From positions 133,153-197,152 of the forward strand of contig CAZGKT010000001.1 in the NCBI GenBank assembly GCA_964525605.1: DNA of 64,000 bases, given 5' to 3'. A program made the position numbers and the translations under genes. Below the pieces are notes generated by a model. It saw nothing but the letters and a program-made list of their open reading frames with translations. It did no database searches and was not told the origin of the DNA. The DNA is from an uncultured bacterium (GTDB lineage: Bacteria; Oederibacteriota; Muellerivitia; Muellerivitales; Muellerivitaceae). Every line of letters begins with the position of its first letter. Positions within the stretch are counted from its first letter, which is position 1. Positions 1-9,429 of this stretch are shown piece by piece.

Positions 1-23
1 TCAAGCTCAACCCAGGGTTGAAA

Positions 24-998
24 CTAGAAATCCCGTTCCAACAGAAAATCAGCGAAACGAAGAAGTTCCGCCTTGTCGCCCCTTCCATTCAAACTCACGA
101 GAGCCGACTTTGCTTCAGCCGCAAATTGACGGGCAACACCCACGGAGTAGGCGATGGCATCATATTTTTTAAGGAGTTTCGTTAAAAAAGCTAGGTCGGC
201 CGAGGTTTTCACCTTTTTCAGGATACCGGCCTTCAAGCGCTGTTTTTCAATCGAGGTCGCCCGGGCCATGCAATGTAAAACAGGTAATGTTAATTTCCCT
301 TCCCTTAAATCGCTCATGACAGGTTTTCCGACTCGGGAAGCTTTACCAACAAAATCTAATGTGTCGTCAATAATTTGAAAAGCCATACCTACTCCCAGGC
401 CAAAGCGGTAAAGATTGTCCACCGTTTCCTGTTCCGCACCCAAAAGCATAGCGGAAGTTTGACAACTGGCCGCCAGGAGGCAGGCGGTTTTTTCTCGGAC
501 GACCTGGAAATACTGCTCCTGCGTGAGCCCCACATTGAACCGATGAAACGTCTCTGAAATCTCACCTCGACAGATTGTGTTGGTCGTATCGGCCAAGGTG
601 CCCAGGACGTTTTTGGGAAGGTGTTTTGCCATTAAGTAGAAGGAGGAGGCAAAAACATAATCTCCCATCAAAACGGAAATCTCGTTTCCCCACTTGAAGT
701 TGAGGGTCTTTTGTTTGCGTCGGACAGCTGAATTGTCAATGATGTCATCGTGTACAAGAGTGGCCACATGTATCATTTCAAGGGCGGCCCCCAGAACCAA
801 AGTTTCTTCACTGACGCGACCACAATAACGGGCGGAGAGAATGGCCAAAGCAGGCCGAGCCCTTTTTCCAGCTGTTTGCGCTAAATAATCAACCATTTGC
901 TGAATGAAAATATTATCCGTTTTGAGCGATTGGGCTATGACTTGTTCGACTCGATCCAGGTCTTTTTGGATGGGATGGGTTAATTGCTTAAGGTCCAC
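24..998 (-). CDS. polyprenyl diphosphate synthase (trans-isoprenyl diphosphate synthase family, IspB/heptaprenyl-like)
   Basis: 324-aa ORF. Contains the two Asp-rich motifs of trans-IPPS enzymes: 'LVHDDIIDNS' (first DDxxD) and 'FQIIDDTLDF' (second DDxxD). Length is typical of medium/long-chain prenyl synthases. Confidence 0.8.
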   Translation of the reverse strand: MDLKQLTHPIQKDLDRVEQVIAQSLKTDNIFIQQMVDYLAQTAGKRARPALAILSARYCGRVSEETLVLGAALEMIHVATLVHDDIIDNSAVRRKQKTLNFKWGNEISVLMGDYVFASSFYLMAKHLPKNVLGTLADTTNTICRGEISETFHRFNVGLTQEQYFQVVREKTACLLAASCQTSAMLLGAEQETVDNLYRFGLGVGMAFQIIDDTLDFVGKASRVGKPVMSDLREGKLTLPVLHCMARATSIEKQRLKAGILKKVKTSADLAFLTKLLKKYDAIAYSVGVARQFAAEAKSALVSLNGRGDKAELLRFADFLLERDF

Positions 999-1111
999 AG
1001 ACTCTCGCTTGACAAAAATAAACCGCCGACCTGACGAAAGGATATTATTTGGCCGAGTCGCATTTCAACACTACATTTAAAATTGTAAAGAGAAAAGGGG
1101 CGGAACAGGCA

Positions 1112-1768
1112 TCACTCCCCGAACTGTTCTTTCATTTCAAGGAATTTAATAAACTGTTCCAAACTTGCCAAGCTGGTTACCAGAATGGCTTCTCCGCTGA
1201 GACTGACAACCCTGGCCTTTTGAAGCCGATCAACTACTTCCTGGGTTTTCGCCAGTTCCAGTCCGCACATTTTACTTAATTCGCTAACGGAAAAATTGAT
1301 ATCCATCGTAATTCCGCCGGGCCCCTCCACACCATGTTTATGGACCTCCAGAAGAATGGTGTTACATACCAAACGGTTGGCATCTTTAATCATTAAGTTT
1401 GCGATTTGTTTATTGGCTTCACGGATTCTAGTCGTCAGATTCTTTAGTATTTTCTTGACGATTTTGGGATTAGTTTGCATATGCATCTCGAATACTTCTT
1501 CATCGAGAGCGATCAAACGGGATGCTTGCAAAGAAATTGCGTTGGCCGATCGAACATCTTTATCGATAACGGCCATTTCACCAAAAAATTCTCCCGGGCC
1601 CAGAATAACAAGGGTCTTTTCCACCCCATCTTTAAGTTGTTTTGTGATTTTTACTTGGCCTGTTTGAATAATGAACATTTCATTACCGACATCGCCCTCG
1701 CGGAAAATGATATCTCCGGGATTGTAGGACCTACCGCATCGCTCGAAAATTTCTTGTTCAGAGCTCAT
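1112..1768 (-). CDS. Crp/Fnr-family transcriptional regulator (cNMP-binding domain plus C-terminal HTH)
   Basis: 218 aa. N-terminal cyclic-nucleotide-binding beta-roll ('IIFREGDVGNEMFIIQTGQVKI', 'GPGEFFGEMAVI'). C-terminal HTH ('VSELSKMCGLELAKTQEVVDRLQKARVV'). Confidence 0.8.
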   Translation of the reverse strand: MSSEQEIFERCGRSYNPGDIIFREGDVGNEMFIIQTGQVKITKQLKDGVEKTLVILGPGEFFGEMAVIDKDVRSANAISLQASRLIALDEEVFEMHMQTNPKIVKKILKNLTTRIREANKQIANLMIKDANRLVCNTILLEVHKHGVEGPGGITMDINFSVSELSKMCGLELAKTQEVVDRLQKARVVSLSGEAILVTSLASLEQFIKFLEMKEQFGE

Positions 1769-2030
1769 GTTATCCGCCTTTTCTTTGCCGGCTAAAACGT
1801 TGGGATTTTAACAAACGAAACCACACTGTCAAGGGAAGGGCCCAAGGCTTGTGTCTATCTATACTAATGCATGCTTGAGGAAGAAGGTACTATCAGGTCG
1901 AATTTCTTCATTTCATCCTACAAAAAGATAAAAACTAGTTGTACCTTAGGAAAGTGGGGGGGTGGGACTTAAAAAGAACCCGACTCATCAACATTTGAAG
2001 GAGCCCACAGAATGAAAAAGGCGGTAATAT

Positions 2031-3044
2031 TTAGAAATAAAAATCGAGGGCAAAATGGTGGTTGGCTCCTAATATGCCCTGATTTGTCCAGGCATAATCC
2101 AGACCCACGTAATTTTTGAATGCCGGAATTTTGACCCCGGCCCCTAAAAACATTCCTGCTAACCCGCCAATTCCCAATTGATTTTGATCCAGGCTTCCCT
2201 GGAACTCATATCCAAAACGCCCCACTAAAGTATCCTGATACCAATACTCCCCGCCTAAGTTAAGCATTATGGCGTTATCGTTTGGAATATTCATATCAAA
2301 GGCGGTTGTAAAATTATCGTCAAAAAGCCTATAAGCCAACCCCACTTTGAAATTGAGAGGTAGCGGATCCGAAACCTGATCGAATTTCATTCCCGGGCCA
2401 AGGTTTTGAATATCCATCCCAGCGGTCAAATGTGGAATTGGAGTTCGATAAAGGACCCCGATGTCAAAAGCGATATCGGAAGAGTTGCTGACGGAGGCCA
2501 AACTCTTAGAAATATATTTCACCACCAGACCCATATCAAAATAATAACTAAGCCGATAAGCGCCAGCTAAATCCACATCAAAGTAATTTTCACCTACCGT
2601 CCCGCCCGTAAGGTTTCCATTGCTGTCGGTGGCTGGATCGGTTCCGGTCCCAAGGATTTTTGCAGCGGCACCGATTGCGGCATCATTTCCTAATTTAGTT
2701 CCCAAGGCAAAGTAGCTGTATTGTACGGTTTCAATAAATAGGTCGTATTGGGCAGTAAAATGGGTTCCACCGAGTTGCACAAGGCCCGCAGGATTCCAAT
2801 AAATGGCATTAGCATCGTTGGCAACAGCAACAAAGGCTTCCCCCATGGCAATGGCCCTAGGCCCAACAGGAATCTTCAATTCGACCGCTCCCGTACTTCC
2901 GGGGCCACTTTGGGCAAAGAGCGGATTCCAAAAGGACGGAATGATAAACAGCGAGGAAATAAAGAAAAGGCGGACGGTGATTTTCAAGAAATTTTGCTCC
3001 TTCATTTGAATAAAATTATATCCTTTTACGGAAATACCCGTCAA
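2031..3044 (-). CDS. outer-membrane beta-barrel protein, FadL/TodX/PorV family (paralog 1)
   Basis: 337 aa with a signal peptide. N-terminal hatch-like motif '[28 protein letters not shown]', resembling the FadL-family 'GxGRAyAGEAAiADdAS...NPA' signature. Beta-strand-like alternation and a C-terminal aromatic residue (..ALDFYF). The start may instead be the internal Met at 3005 (MKEQNF..), giving a cleaner signal peptide. The ORF start as given overlaps the uvrA stop. Confidence 0.6.
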   Translation of the reverse strand: MTGISVKGYNFIQMKEQNFLKITVRLFFISSLFIIPSFWNPLFAQSGPGSTGAVELKIPVGPRAIAMGEAFVAVANDANAIYWNPAGLVQLGGTHFTAQYDLFIETVQYSYFALGTKLGNDAAIGAAAKILGTGTDPATDSNGNLTGGTVGENYFDVDLAGAYRLSYYFDMGLVVKYISKSLASVSNSSDIAFDIGVLYRTPIPHLTAGMDIQNLGPGMKFDQVSDPLPLNFKVGLAYRLFDDNFTTAFDMNIPNDNAIMLNLGGEYWYQDTLVGRFGYEFQGSLDQNQLGIGGLAGMFLGAGVKIPAFKNYVGLDYAWTNQGILGANHHFALDFYF

Positions 3045-5920
3045 TGTGGAATTCCCCGAGCCGCAACGACCTTTCCGCTATTTCGGAGCCGTTTTTCGTC
3101 CTTTCGGATCTTTTCAGCCAGGTACTGACCAGTATGAGACTGTGAATGATTCATGACGTCCTGAACGGTACCCGAGACCAGCACCTCCCCGCCTTCGTCG
3201 CCACCTTCAGGCCCCAAATCAATAATATGATCTGCGGTCTTTATCACATCCAAATTATGTTCAATCACAACGATGGTGTTACCAGCTTCAACCAGCTTTT
3301 TCAAAACTTTAATCAGGTGGTCGACATCAGCAAAATGAAGGCCAGTCGTTGGTTCGTCCAGGATATACAGGGTACGCCCAGTGGCCCTTTTCCCGAGTTC
3401 AGTTGATAATTTTACTCTTTGAGCTTCCCCGCCAGAGAGGGTGGTTGCGGGTTGTCCCAGGTGGATGTACCCCAAACCGACATCTCGGAGGGTTTCTAAT
3501 ATTTTTCTGATTTTCGGAATGGCGGCAAAGAATTCAAGGGCTTCCAGAATGCTCATTTGAAGAACTTCGGCAATATTTTTACCCTTGTATTGGATTTCCA
3601 AGGTTTCACGATTGTATCGCTTGCCCTTGCAGATTTCGCACGGAACATACACATCTGGAAGAAAATGCATTTCGATTTTTAAAACGCCATCTCCCTCACA
3701 AGCCTCGCATCTCCCCCCTTTTACGTTGAAACTGAATCTCCCTTCTTTATAACCACGGGCTCTTGACTCCGACAAGTGAGCGAAAAGATCTCTGACTTGA
3801 GTAAAAAGCCCTGTATACGTGGCTGGATTCGACCTAGGGGTACGGCCAATGGGGGATTGATCGATTTCAATAACCTTGTCCACATGTTCTACACCCTCCA
3901 GGGAATCATATCCCTCAGGTTTTTTTCGCAGTCCGTATAACCGATGCATAAGGGCGGGATAAAGGGTTTCCATCACGAGTGTGCTTTTCCCAGACCCAGA
4001 AACACCCGTAACGGCGAGAAAAACTCCCAGAGGAAACCGTACAGTGAGATTTTTCAGGTTGTTTTTTATTGCGCCTTTTAAAATCAAATGTTTATCAGGT
4101 TCCACCCGAGGGTTGAAATTAGGTCTGATTGATTGGCGCCCAGAAAGGTAGGCACCGGTAAGCGATTTGGAACTTTCCAAGATTTGCTGGAGACCTCCCA
4201 CAGCCACGACTTCCCCGCCTTCCACTCCAGCTCCAACACCCATGTCAATGATATAGTCGGCCGCTTCAATCGTGTCCTCATCGTGTTCCACGACAATAAC
4301 CGAGTTTCCGATATCTCTTAAATGAGTCAAAGTCTCAAGAAGCCGGATATTATCCCGTTGATGCAAACCAATGGAAGGTTCATCCAAAATATAAAGAACC
4401 CCCACCAAAGCGCTCCCGATCTGCGTCGCCAAATGGATTCTTTGAGCTTCTCCCCCGGAAAGCGAGGCGGTCATCCGATCGAGTGTGAGATAGTCCAATC
4501 CAACGTTTTTTAGGAATCCAAGTCTTGATCCAATTTCTTTTAATATTTGGCCAGCGATAGCCTTTTCCCTTACATCCAAGGACAGGGAATCGAAGAACGC
4601 AAGGCATTGGCGCACTGATAGCCTAGTTAAATCAACAATATTTCTGTCACGAACGGTCATAGCCAGGCTTTCTGGTTTTAATCGAGTCCCTTTACAAGCC
4701 CGGCATGGTTTGCTGACAAGGTATTTTTCTATTTCTTCGCGGATGGATTCAGAATCGGTTTCGTGATAGCGACGTTCCAAATTGGGAATAACGCCTTCAA
4801 AAGGGCCCGAAAACTTTTGTCGGTAGGTTCCTTTCAAAATTTTAAACTCAATTTCCTCTTCGCAACCGTAAAGAATAGCTTTCTTAACCTGATCAGAGAG
4901 TTTCTTAAATGGAACGTGAAGGGACGCCTTAAAATGAAGGCAAACGCCCTCCAGGAGGTTTTGATAATAGAGTGTTTTTGGAGAACTGAAGGGTTCTACG
5001 GCCCCCTGAGCAATCGATAATTCCGTATCCAAAACCAAATCCTCGTCGGCTTCCATCTTATATCCCATTCCGGTGCAGGCCGGGCAGGCCCCATGGGGAT
5101 TATTGAACGAGAAGTTGCGCGGAGCGGGTTCTTCCACGCTTACACCACAATGAACACAAGCAAATCGTTCTGAGAATAAATGTTCTTTTTCTTCCTTTCC
5201 CGTGCCCTCTAGTATTTTGACGACCCCCTCCCCAAGCTTGAGGGCAGTTTCCAATGAATCCGCCAGTCTTTTTTTGATTTCTCTTTTTAACACCAGTCTG
5301 TCAACAACCACCTCAATATCGTGCTTTTTATTTTTTTCGAGAGGTATGTCATCTTCCAAATCCCGGATGACGCCATCAACCCGAATTCGGACAAATCCAT
5401 CTTTCCGAACCTGATCGAATATTTTCTTATATTCACCTTTCCGGCTGGATATCAGGGGAGCCAACAAATGCAATTTAACGCCAGGCTTGAAGGTTAAAAC
5501 TTGATCAACAATTTGTTGGACAGTTTGTCGACTGATGGGCCTTCCGCATTCTGGGCAATGGGGTATACCCACGCGAGCGAAAAGTAATCTGAAGTAATCA
5601 TAAATTTCGGTGGTTGTAGCTACCGTGGAACGTGGATTTTTACTACCCGCTTTCTGTTGAATGGCAACGGCAGGTGATAGCCCCTCAATCATGTCAACAT
5701 CCGGCTTTTCCATTAGGCCCAGAAATTGTCTCGCGTAGGAAGACAATGATTCCACGTAACGTCGTTGACCTTCCGCAAAAAGAGTATCAAAAGCCAAAGA
5801 GGATTTGCCTGAACCAGATACACCCGTAAGAACCACCAACCGATCCCTAGGCATTTCGACGTTTATATTTTTGAGATTATGTTCTCGGGCCCCACGAACC
5901 CGAATGGTGTCGCGTTTCAT
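3041..5920 (-). CDS. uvrA: excinuclease ABC subunit A
   Basis: 959 aa. Canonical UvrA N-terminus '[60 protein letters not shown]'. Two ABC ATPase modules (second Walker A 'GVSGSGKST') and zinc-finger Cys clusters. Confidence 0.95.
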   Translation of the reverse strand: MKRDTIRVRGAREHNLKNINVEMPRDRLVVLTGVSGSGKSSLAFDTLFAEGQRRYVESLSSYARQFLGLMEKPDVDMIEGLSPAVAIQQKAGSKNPRSTVATTTEIYDYFRLLFARVGIPHCPECGRPISRQTVQQIVDQVLTFKPGVKLHLLAPLISSRKGEYKKIFDQVRKDGFVRIRVDGVIRDLEDDIPLEKNKKHDIEVVVDRLVLKREIKKRLADSLETALKLGEGVVKILEGTGKEEKEHLFSERFACVHCGVSVEEPAPRNFSFNNPHGACPACTGMGYKMEADEDLVLDTELSIAQGAVEPFSSPKTLYYQNLLEGVCLHFKASLHVPFKKLSDQVKKAILYGCEEEIEFKILKGTYRQKFSGPFEGVIPNLERRYHETDSESIREEIEKYLVSKPCRACKGTRLKPESLAMTVRDRNIVDLTRLSVRQCLAFFDSLSLDVREKAIAGQILKEIGSRLGFLKNVGLDYLTLDRMTASLSGGEAQRIHLATQIGSALVGVLYILDEPSIGLHQRDNIRLLETLTHLRDIGNSVIVVEHDEDTIEAADYIIDMGVGAGVEGGEVVAVGGLQQILESSKSLTGAYLSGRQSIRPNFNPRVEPDKHLILKGAIKNNLKNLTVRFPLGVFLAVTGVSGSGKSTLVMETLYPALMHRLYGLRKKPEGYDSLEGVEHVDKVIEIDQSPIGRTPRSNPATYTGLFTQVRDLFAHLSESRARGYKEGRFSFNVKGGRCEACEGDGVLKIEMHFLPDVYVPCEICKGKRYNRETLEIQYKGKNIAEVLQMSILEALEFFAAIPKIRKILETLRDVGLGYIHLGQPATTLSGGEAQRVKLSTELGKRATGRTLYILDEPTTGLHFADVDHLIKVLKKLVEAGNTIVVIEHNLDVIKTADHIIDLGPEGGDEGGEVLVSGTVQDVMNHSQSHTGQYLAEKIRKDEKRLRNSGKVVAARGIPH

Positions 5921-6014
5921 ATTTTTACCTTAAAAGGAATGGCCCTGGACAATGCGGGGCAAAAGGAAACTATCCGACTTGACTGATTCTTTTTCAAGCG
6001 CTTTGATAAAAGGA

Positions 6015-8135
6015 TTATTGAAATTGAGTGGCGGCCCCGGTCAAGCCCTGATTTCGAACCCCATTGATCTGTTGAAGTTGTGTGTTTGAAACAGTTAACG
6101 GACGCCCGGGGAAAGCTTTCAAATTAAGGGTAAACATGAGTTGTTCCCCATTTGTGGGATCGTCGGTATAGGTGATTTGGGCCTCCCAATCGTGGAGATC
6201 TCGGTAAAGACTGATACTCCGTGCCTCAAGTTTAGCATTAGTGACATCATAACTTTCAATCATGGCCATTCGGTAATTCGTAAAAAAGGCAAAATCAACT
6301 TCGCCCGCCATATCAAAGGTGGGAGGCACCCCCATGCTAATAAATCCCGTGTTAGAAACGTTAGGGTCCACAAAATTACCCGATAACCGGAAGCGCCACA
6401 TGTCGTTTTTACTTTTTAAATCAAGGACAGAGTTAACGTCTTTTAGAGCATTTGCGTTGACGGAATAATCAAAAATAGCCAGGTAATCATAAAAGGTTGA
6501 TGGGGTCAGATAAAATTCTTGTCGCAGGTAAGACAATCGAGCTGATTCGGCGATGACCTGGGCATTCATGTCATAGGACGTGCTTGTTCGAGCCCGAAAG
6601 TAGGTACCCGCATCAAATTCGAGTGACCCACTCAGAAGATTCGACGTAATCCCATGAGGGGAATCGGTGGCTTGTAAGTTATTCAGTTTTTGGGCATAGG
6701 TATAAGCAAGGGACGTGTTGAAAAAGTCTGTCCATCGGCCGCTCCAGGTATTATTCACATTTATACTGTGTGTTTCCCCCTTGTTGGTGCCGTTTATATC
6801 CAACACATCCTGAAAATTTTCATCAATGGCCGCCCGTGTATAAAGGGTTTGCGATGAAAACAAAAGCAGACTTTGGCTTAGTCCAAATTCACCGGTTAAA
6901 TGGTTCACATAATAACTATCCAATGCGGTCCAGGTGTGATCACCATTTAGCGTGAGGTCCCATTTCAGCCAATTTTTTCCGATGAGCCTTTGGGGGAACA
7001 AACTAAATCCAATTTGAGGAAGATTCTGAAGGGTTCTTTGGAAATTCGTTTCGTTAGGGTCATTGGAGTCACCGAAATTAGGGCTTTCTTGCCGTCTCAA
7101 AAGAAAACTAAGCGTGTACTGGGTTTTAGTCAGCGTGGTTGAAAGATCATATTCGCGATAAGTGGAAACTAAGGATGGATCCCTTCGGGCGGCAGAATAG
7201 TCCTGGCTAAAAAAACCATCGCCGGGAATATCCGCTTCCAGCCTCCCTTGGATACTGGACGAAAAGGCCCATAGTCCCCTGGCCCTAGATTCCCATCTAA
7301 ATCGTTTAGTATCTCCCTCTTCAATTCCATATCCATAGAGGGAAAGTACTGAATAATCATTTAGGGCGATTTCATGCCGTAATCCTAATCCCAGCCCTTT
7401 TTTTGAAAAATAATCCGTATAAAGGGCTCCATAGCTTTTCGGGTTTAGAAGATAGCTATTCGTTAGAAGGCCATAATTCCCAAGGTAATCGGATTGGCCC
7501 ACCGAAAGAGAAAATGGCGTGGAGAGATTGTGAATCGATTGAACAAAAAACGGAAAATAAAAGACGGGAACTTTCCCAATATAAAGAACCACATTTTCAG
7601 CAACGAGATAATTTCCTGAGTAAATAATGATCTTGTCGGCTTGTAAATGAAAGTGACGGTAATCCGGCTCGTAATCACATGTTGTGCTAATTGCCTCCTT
7701 AATAATTACTTTTTGAGCTTCAATGTCTATCTCACTCCCAAAACATATCCAAGGAGGAGACGTCGTCCGTATATTGAAGGCTTTGCCTTTCTGGGTTTTC
7801 AGATTGTAGGTCAGGCTTTGTGCTTCTATTTCTTCGCTTTCGTTTTGCCAAACAACATGTCCTTCAGCGTGGACATCCTGGGCTGTCACGTCATAACGAA
7901 TTTTATCTGCGTAGAGGTGAACTGTGCCCTGTTGGATATGAACATTCCCATGGGCCACTACGAGTTCTTGATCTCGAAGGTATTGAATAAAATCAGCCTG
8001 AATTCTCACATTGGCTTCAAGGTTAAAGGTAAGCTGACACTGCGCTATAGCACTTAAACCAAATGCAAAAATAAAAAATAACCAGCCTTTAACCACACGA
8101 GTTTTTTCCTTCTGTTTCTCCGGGAAATTCCTCAC
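6015..8135 (-). CDS. lptD: LPS-assembly outer membrane protein LptD (OstA family)
   Basis: 706 aa with a signal peptide. N-terminal OstA-like domain ('VVAHGNVHIQQGTVHLYADKIRYDVTAQDVHAEGHVVWQNESEEIEAQSLTYNLKTQKGKAF'). Long C-terminal beta-barrel region rich in aromatic/Gly alternation. Adjacent to, and 4-nt overlapping, an LptF/G-type permease. Confidence 0.75.
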   Translation of the reverse strand: MRNFPEKQKEKTRVVKGWLFFIFAFGLSAIAQCQLTFNLEANVRIQADFIQYLRDQELVVAHGNVHIQQGTVHLYADKIRYDVTAQDVHAEGHVVWQNESEEIEAQSLTYNLKTQKGKAFNIRTTSPPWICFGSEIDIEAQKVIIKEAISTTCDYEPDYRHFHLQADKIIIYSGNYLVAENVVLYIGKVPVFYFPFFVQSIHNLSTPFSLSVGQSDYLGNYGLLTNSYLLNPKSYGALYTDYFSKKGLGLGLRHEIALNDYSVLSLYGYGIEEGDTKRFRWESRARGLWAFSSSIQGRLEADIPGDGFFSQDYSAARRDPSLVSTYREYDLSTTLTKTQYTLSFLLRRQESPNFGDSNDPNETNFQRTLQNLPQIGFSLFPQRLIGKNWLKWDLTLNGDHTWTALDSYYVNHLTGEFGLSQSLLLFSSQTLYTRAAIDENFQDVLDINGTNKGETHSINVNNTWSGRWTDFFNTSLAYTYAQKLNNLQATDSPHGITSNLLSGSLEFDAGTYFRARTSTSYDMNAQVIAESARLSYLRQEFYLTPSTFYDYLAIFDYSVNANALKDVNSVLDLKSKNDMWRFRLSGNFVDPNVSNTGFISMGVPPTFDMAGEVDFAFFTNYRMAMIESYDVTNAKLEARSISLYRDLHDWEAQITYTDDPTNGEQLMFTLNLKAFPGRPLTVSNTQLQQINGVRNQGLTGAATQFQ

Positions 8136-9304
8136 GGGTTAACCCTAGGGTTGGAAGTTTTCTTCAGGCGATTTCGAACAAAGAAGATTATAGAAATCCT
8201 ATTTTCAATCCAAAAGGTTAAAAGGATTCCCACAAGCATCAAAAAGAAATTTGGAACCCACATCGCTAAAAAAGGTGATGAACGTCCCAGAAACCCTCCG
8301 TTATCGCCCAACATTAAAAAGCCCTCGTAAGCTGCTACCATGACGATTGCCAGTACAAATCCCAAATAAGAACCGACACGAGTCATCAGACCCAATGGGA
8401 TGCCGATAAAAACAAAGGCCAAAGCGGAAAAAGGCAAGGAAAACTTTTTATTAAATTCAACTTCATCGTATCGGCTATCTAATCTCTTTCCTTTTTCCTC
8501 GGTAATTTTTCGGGCTAATTCTTTGATCTTCATATTTCGAGAGCTGTTCGCATCTAAAGGTCCAAAGGGAGTGGTTTTGGAGCTTAAATCTATGTCGCAT
8601 CCAGAAAATTTTAGTTGTAACAAGTTTGATAATCCTGGTTCGATTCGATTACCAATTTGTTGCATAATCCCTTTTTTAAGTCGGAGGATGATATGAAATT
8701 GACCGTTTTGCTCCAACCGGCCTTCCTGAGCATAGACCATGCGATAAGGTTTTTCTTTTTCATCTAGCATCTCCACGATAACGTTTTTAAGCTTTCCAGT
8801 TCCCTCGTCTTTTTGGTCAACATAAAGAATATAACCCTCAAAATCTTTTATGAATGATCTTTCCTTTACCACTATCGTGGAATGTTCGACTTTGATTTGA
8901 TAATCCAATTTAAGGTAAGAATTATTTCCCCACGGGATTACGATATCCATGAAAACAACCAGCAAAAGACTAAAGACCACTGATAAACACGCCAATGGCC
9001 AGAACAAAGTCCCCACCGTAAGCCCACTGGCTTGCAAGGCCAAAAACTCTTTATCTGCACTCAGACGTCCGTAAACGACCAAAAGCGCCGTTAAAAATCC
9101 GATCGGAATGACTAATACAAGCACACTAGGCTGGTAATAAACAAAAAGGAGAAAGCAATTCCATATGCCCGCATGGTAAAGAAAAAGATATTCGCTGATC
9201 GGAATCGAAAAATAAAGTAAGTTCAGGAATGCGAGCCATATTCCGGTTGCCAAAAAAAAAGGAGGAAAAAGGGATAAAAGACAGTAACGAAGTAAAACTG
9301 GCAT
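8132..9304 (-). CDS. LptF/LptG-family (YjgP/YjgQ) LPS export permease
   Basis: 390 aa. Transmembrane helices at both ends flank a central ~150-aa periplasmic beta-jellyroll-like segment (topology typical of YjgP/YjgQ). Positioned immediately upstream of lptD in the same orientation. Confidence 0.7.
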   Translation of the reverse strand: MPVLLRYCLLSLFPPFFLATGIWLAFLNLLYFSIPISEYLFLYHAGIWNCFLLFVYYQPSVLVLVIPIGFLTALLVVYGRLSADKEFLALQASGLTVGTLFWPLACLSVVFSLLLVVFMDIVIPWGNNSYLKLDYQIKVEHSTIVVKERSFIKDFEGYILYVDQKDEGTGKLKNVIVEMLDEKEKPYRMVYAQEGRLEQNGQFHIILRLKKGIMQQIGNRIEPGLSNLLQLKFSGCDIDLSSKTTPFGPLDANSSRNMKIKELARKITEEKGKRLDSRYDEVEFNKKFSLPFSALAFVFIGIPLGLMTRVGSYLGFVLAIVMVAAYEGFLMLGDNGGFLGRSSPFLAMWVPNFFLMLVGILLTFWIENRISIIFFVRNRLKKTSNPRVNP

Positions 9305-9429
9305 TGATCATCCTTGAAAAATTGGGGAAGAAAGGCAGTAAATGAAATACCCGTTTCGAATCCCTTCCTGGAGGTGAAACCCAGTCATTATAGCGGATTC
9401 AAAAACGGGCTTGGTATGACGGAAAAAGG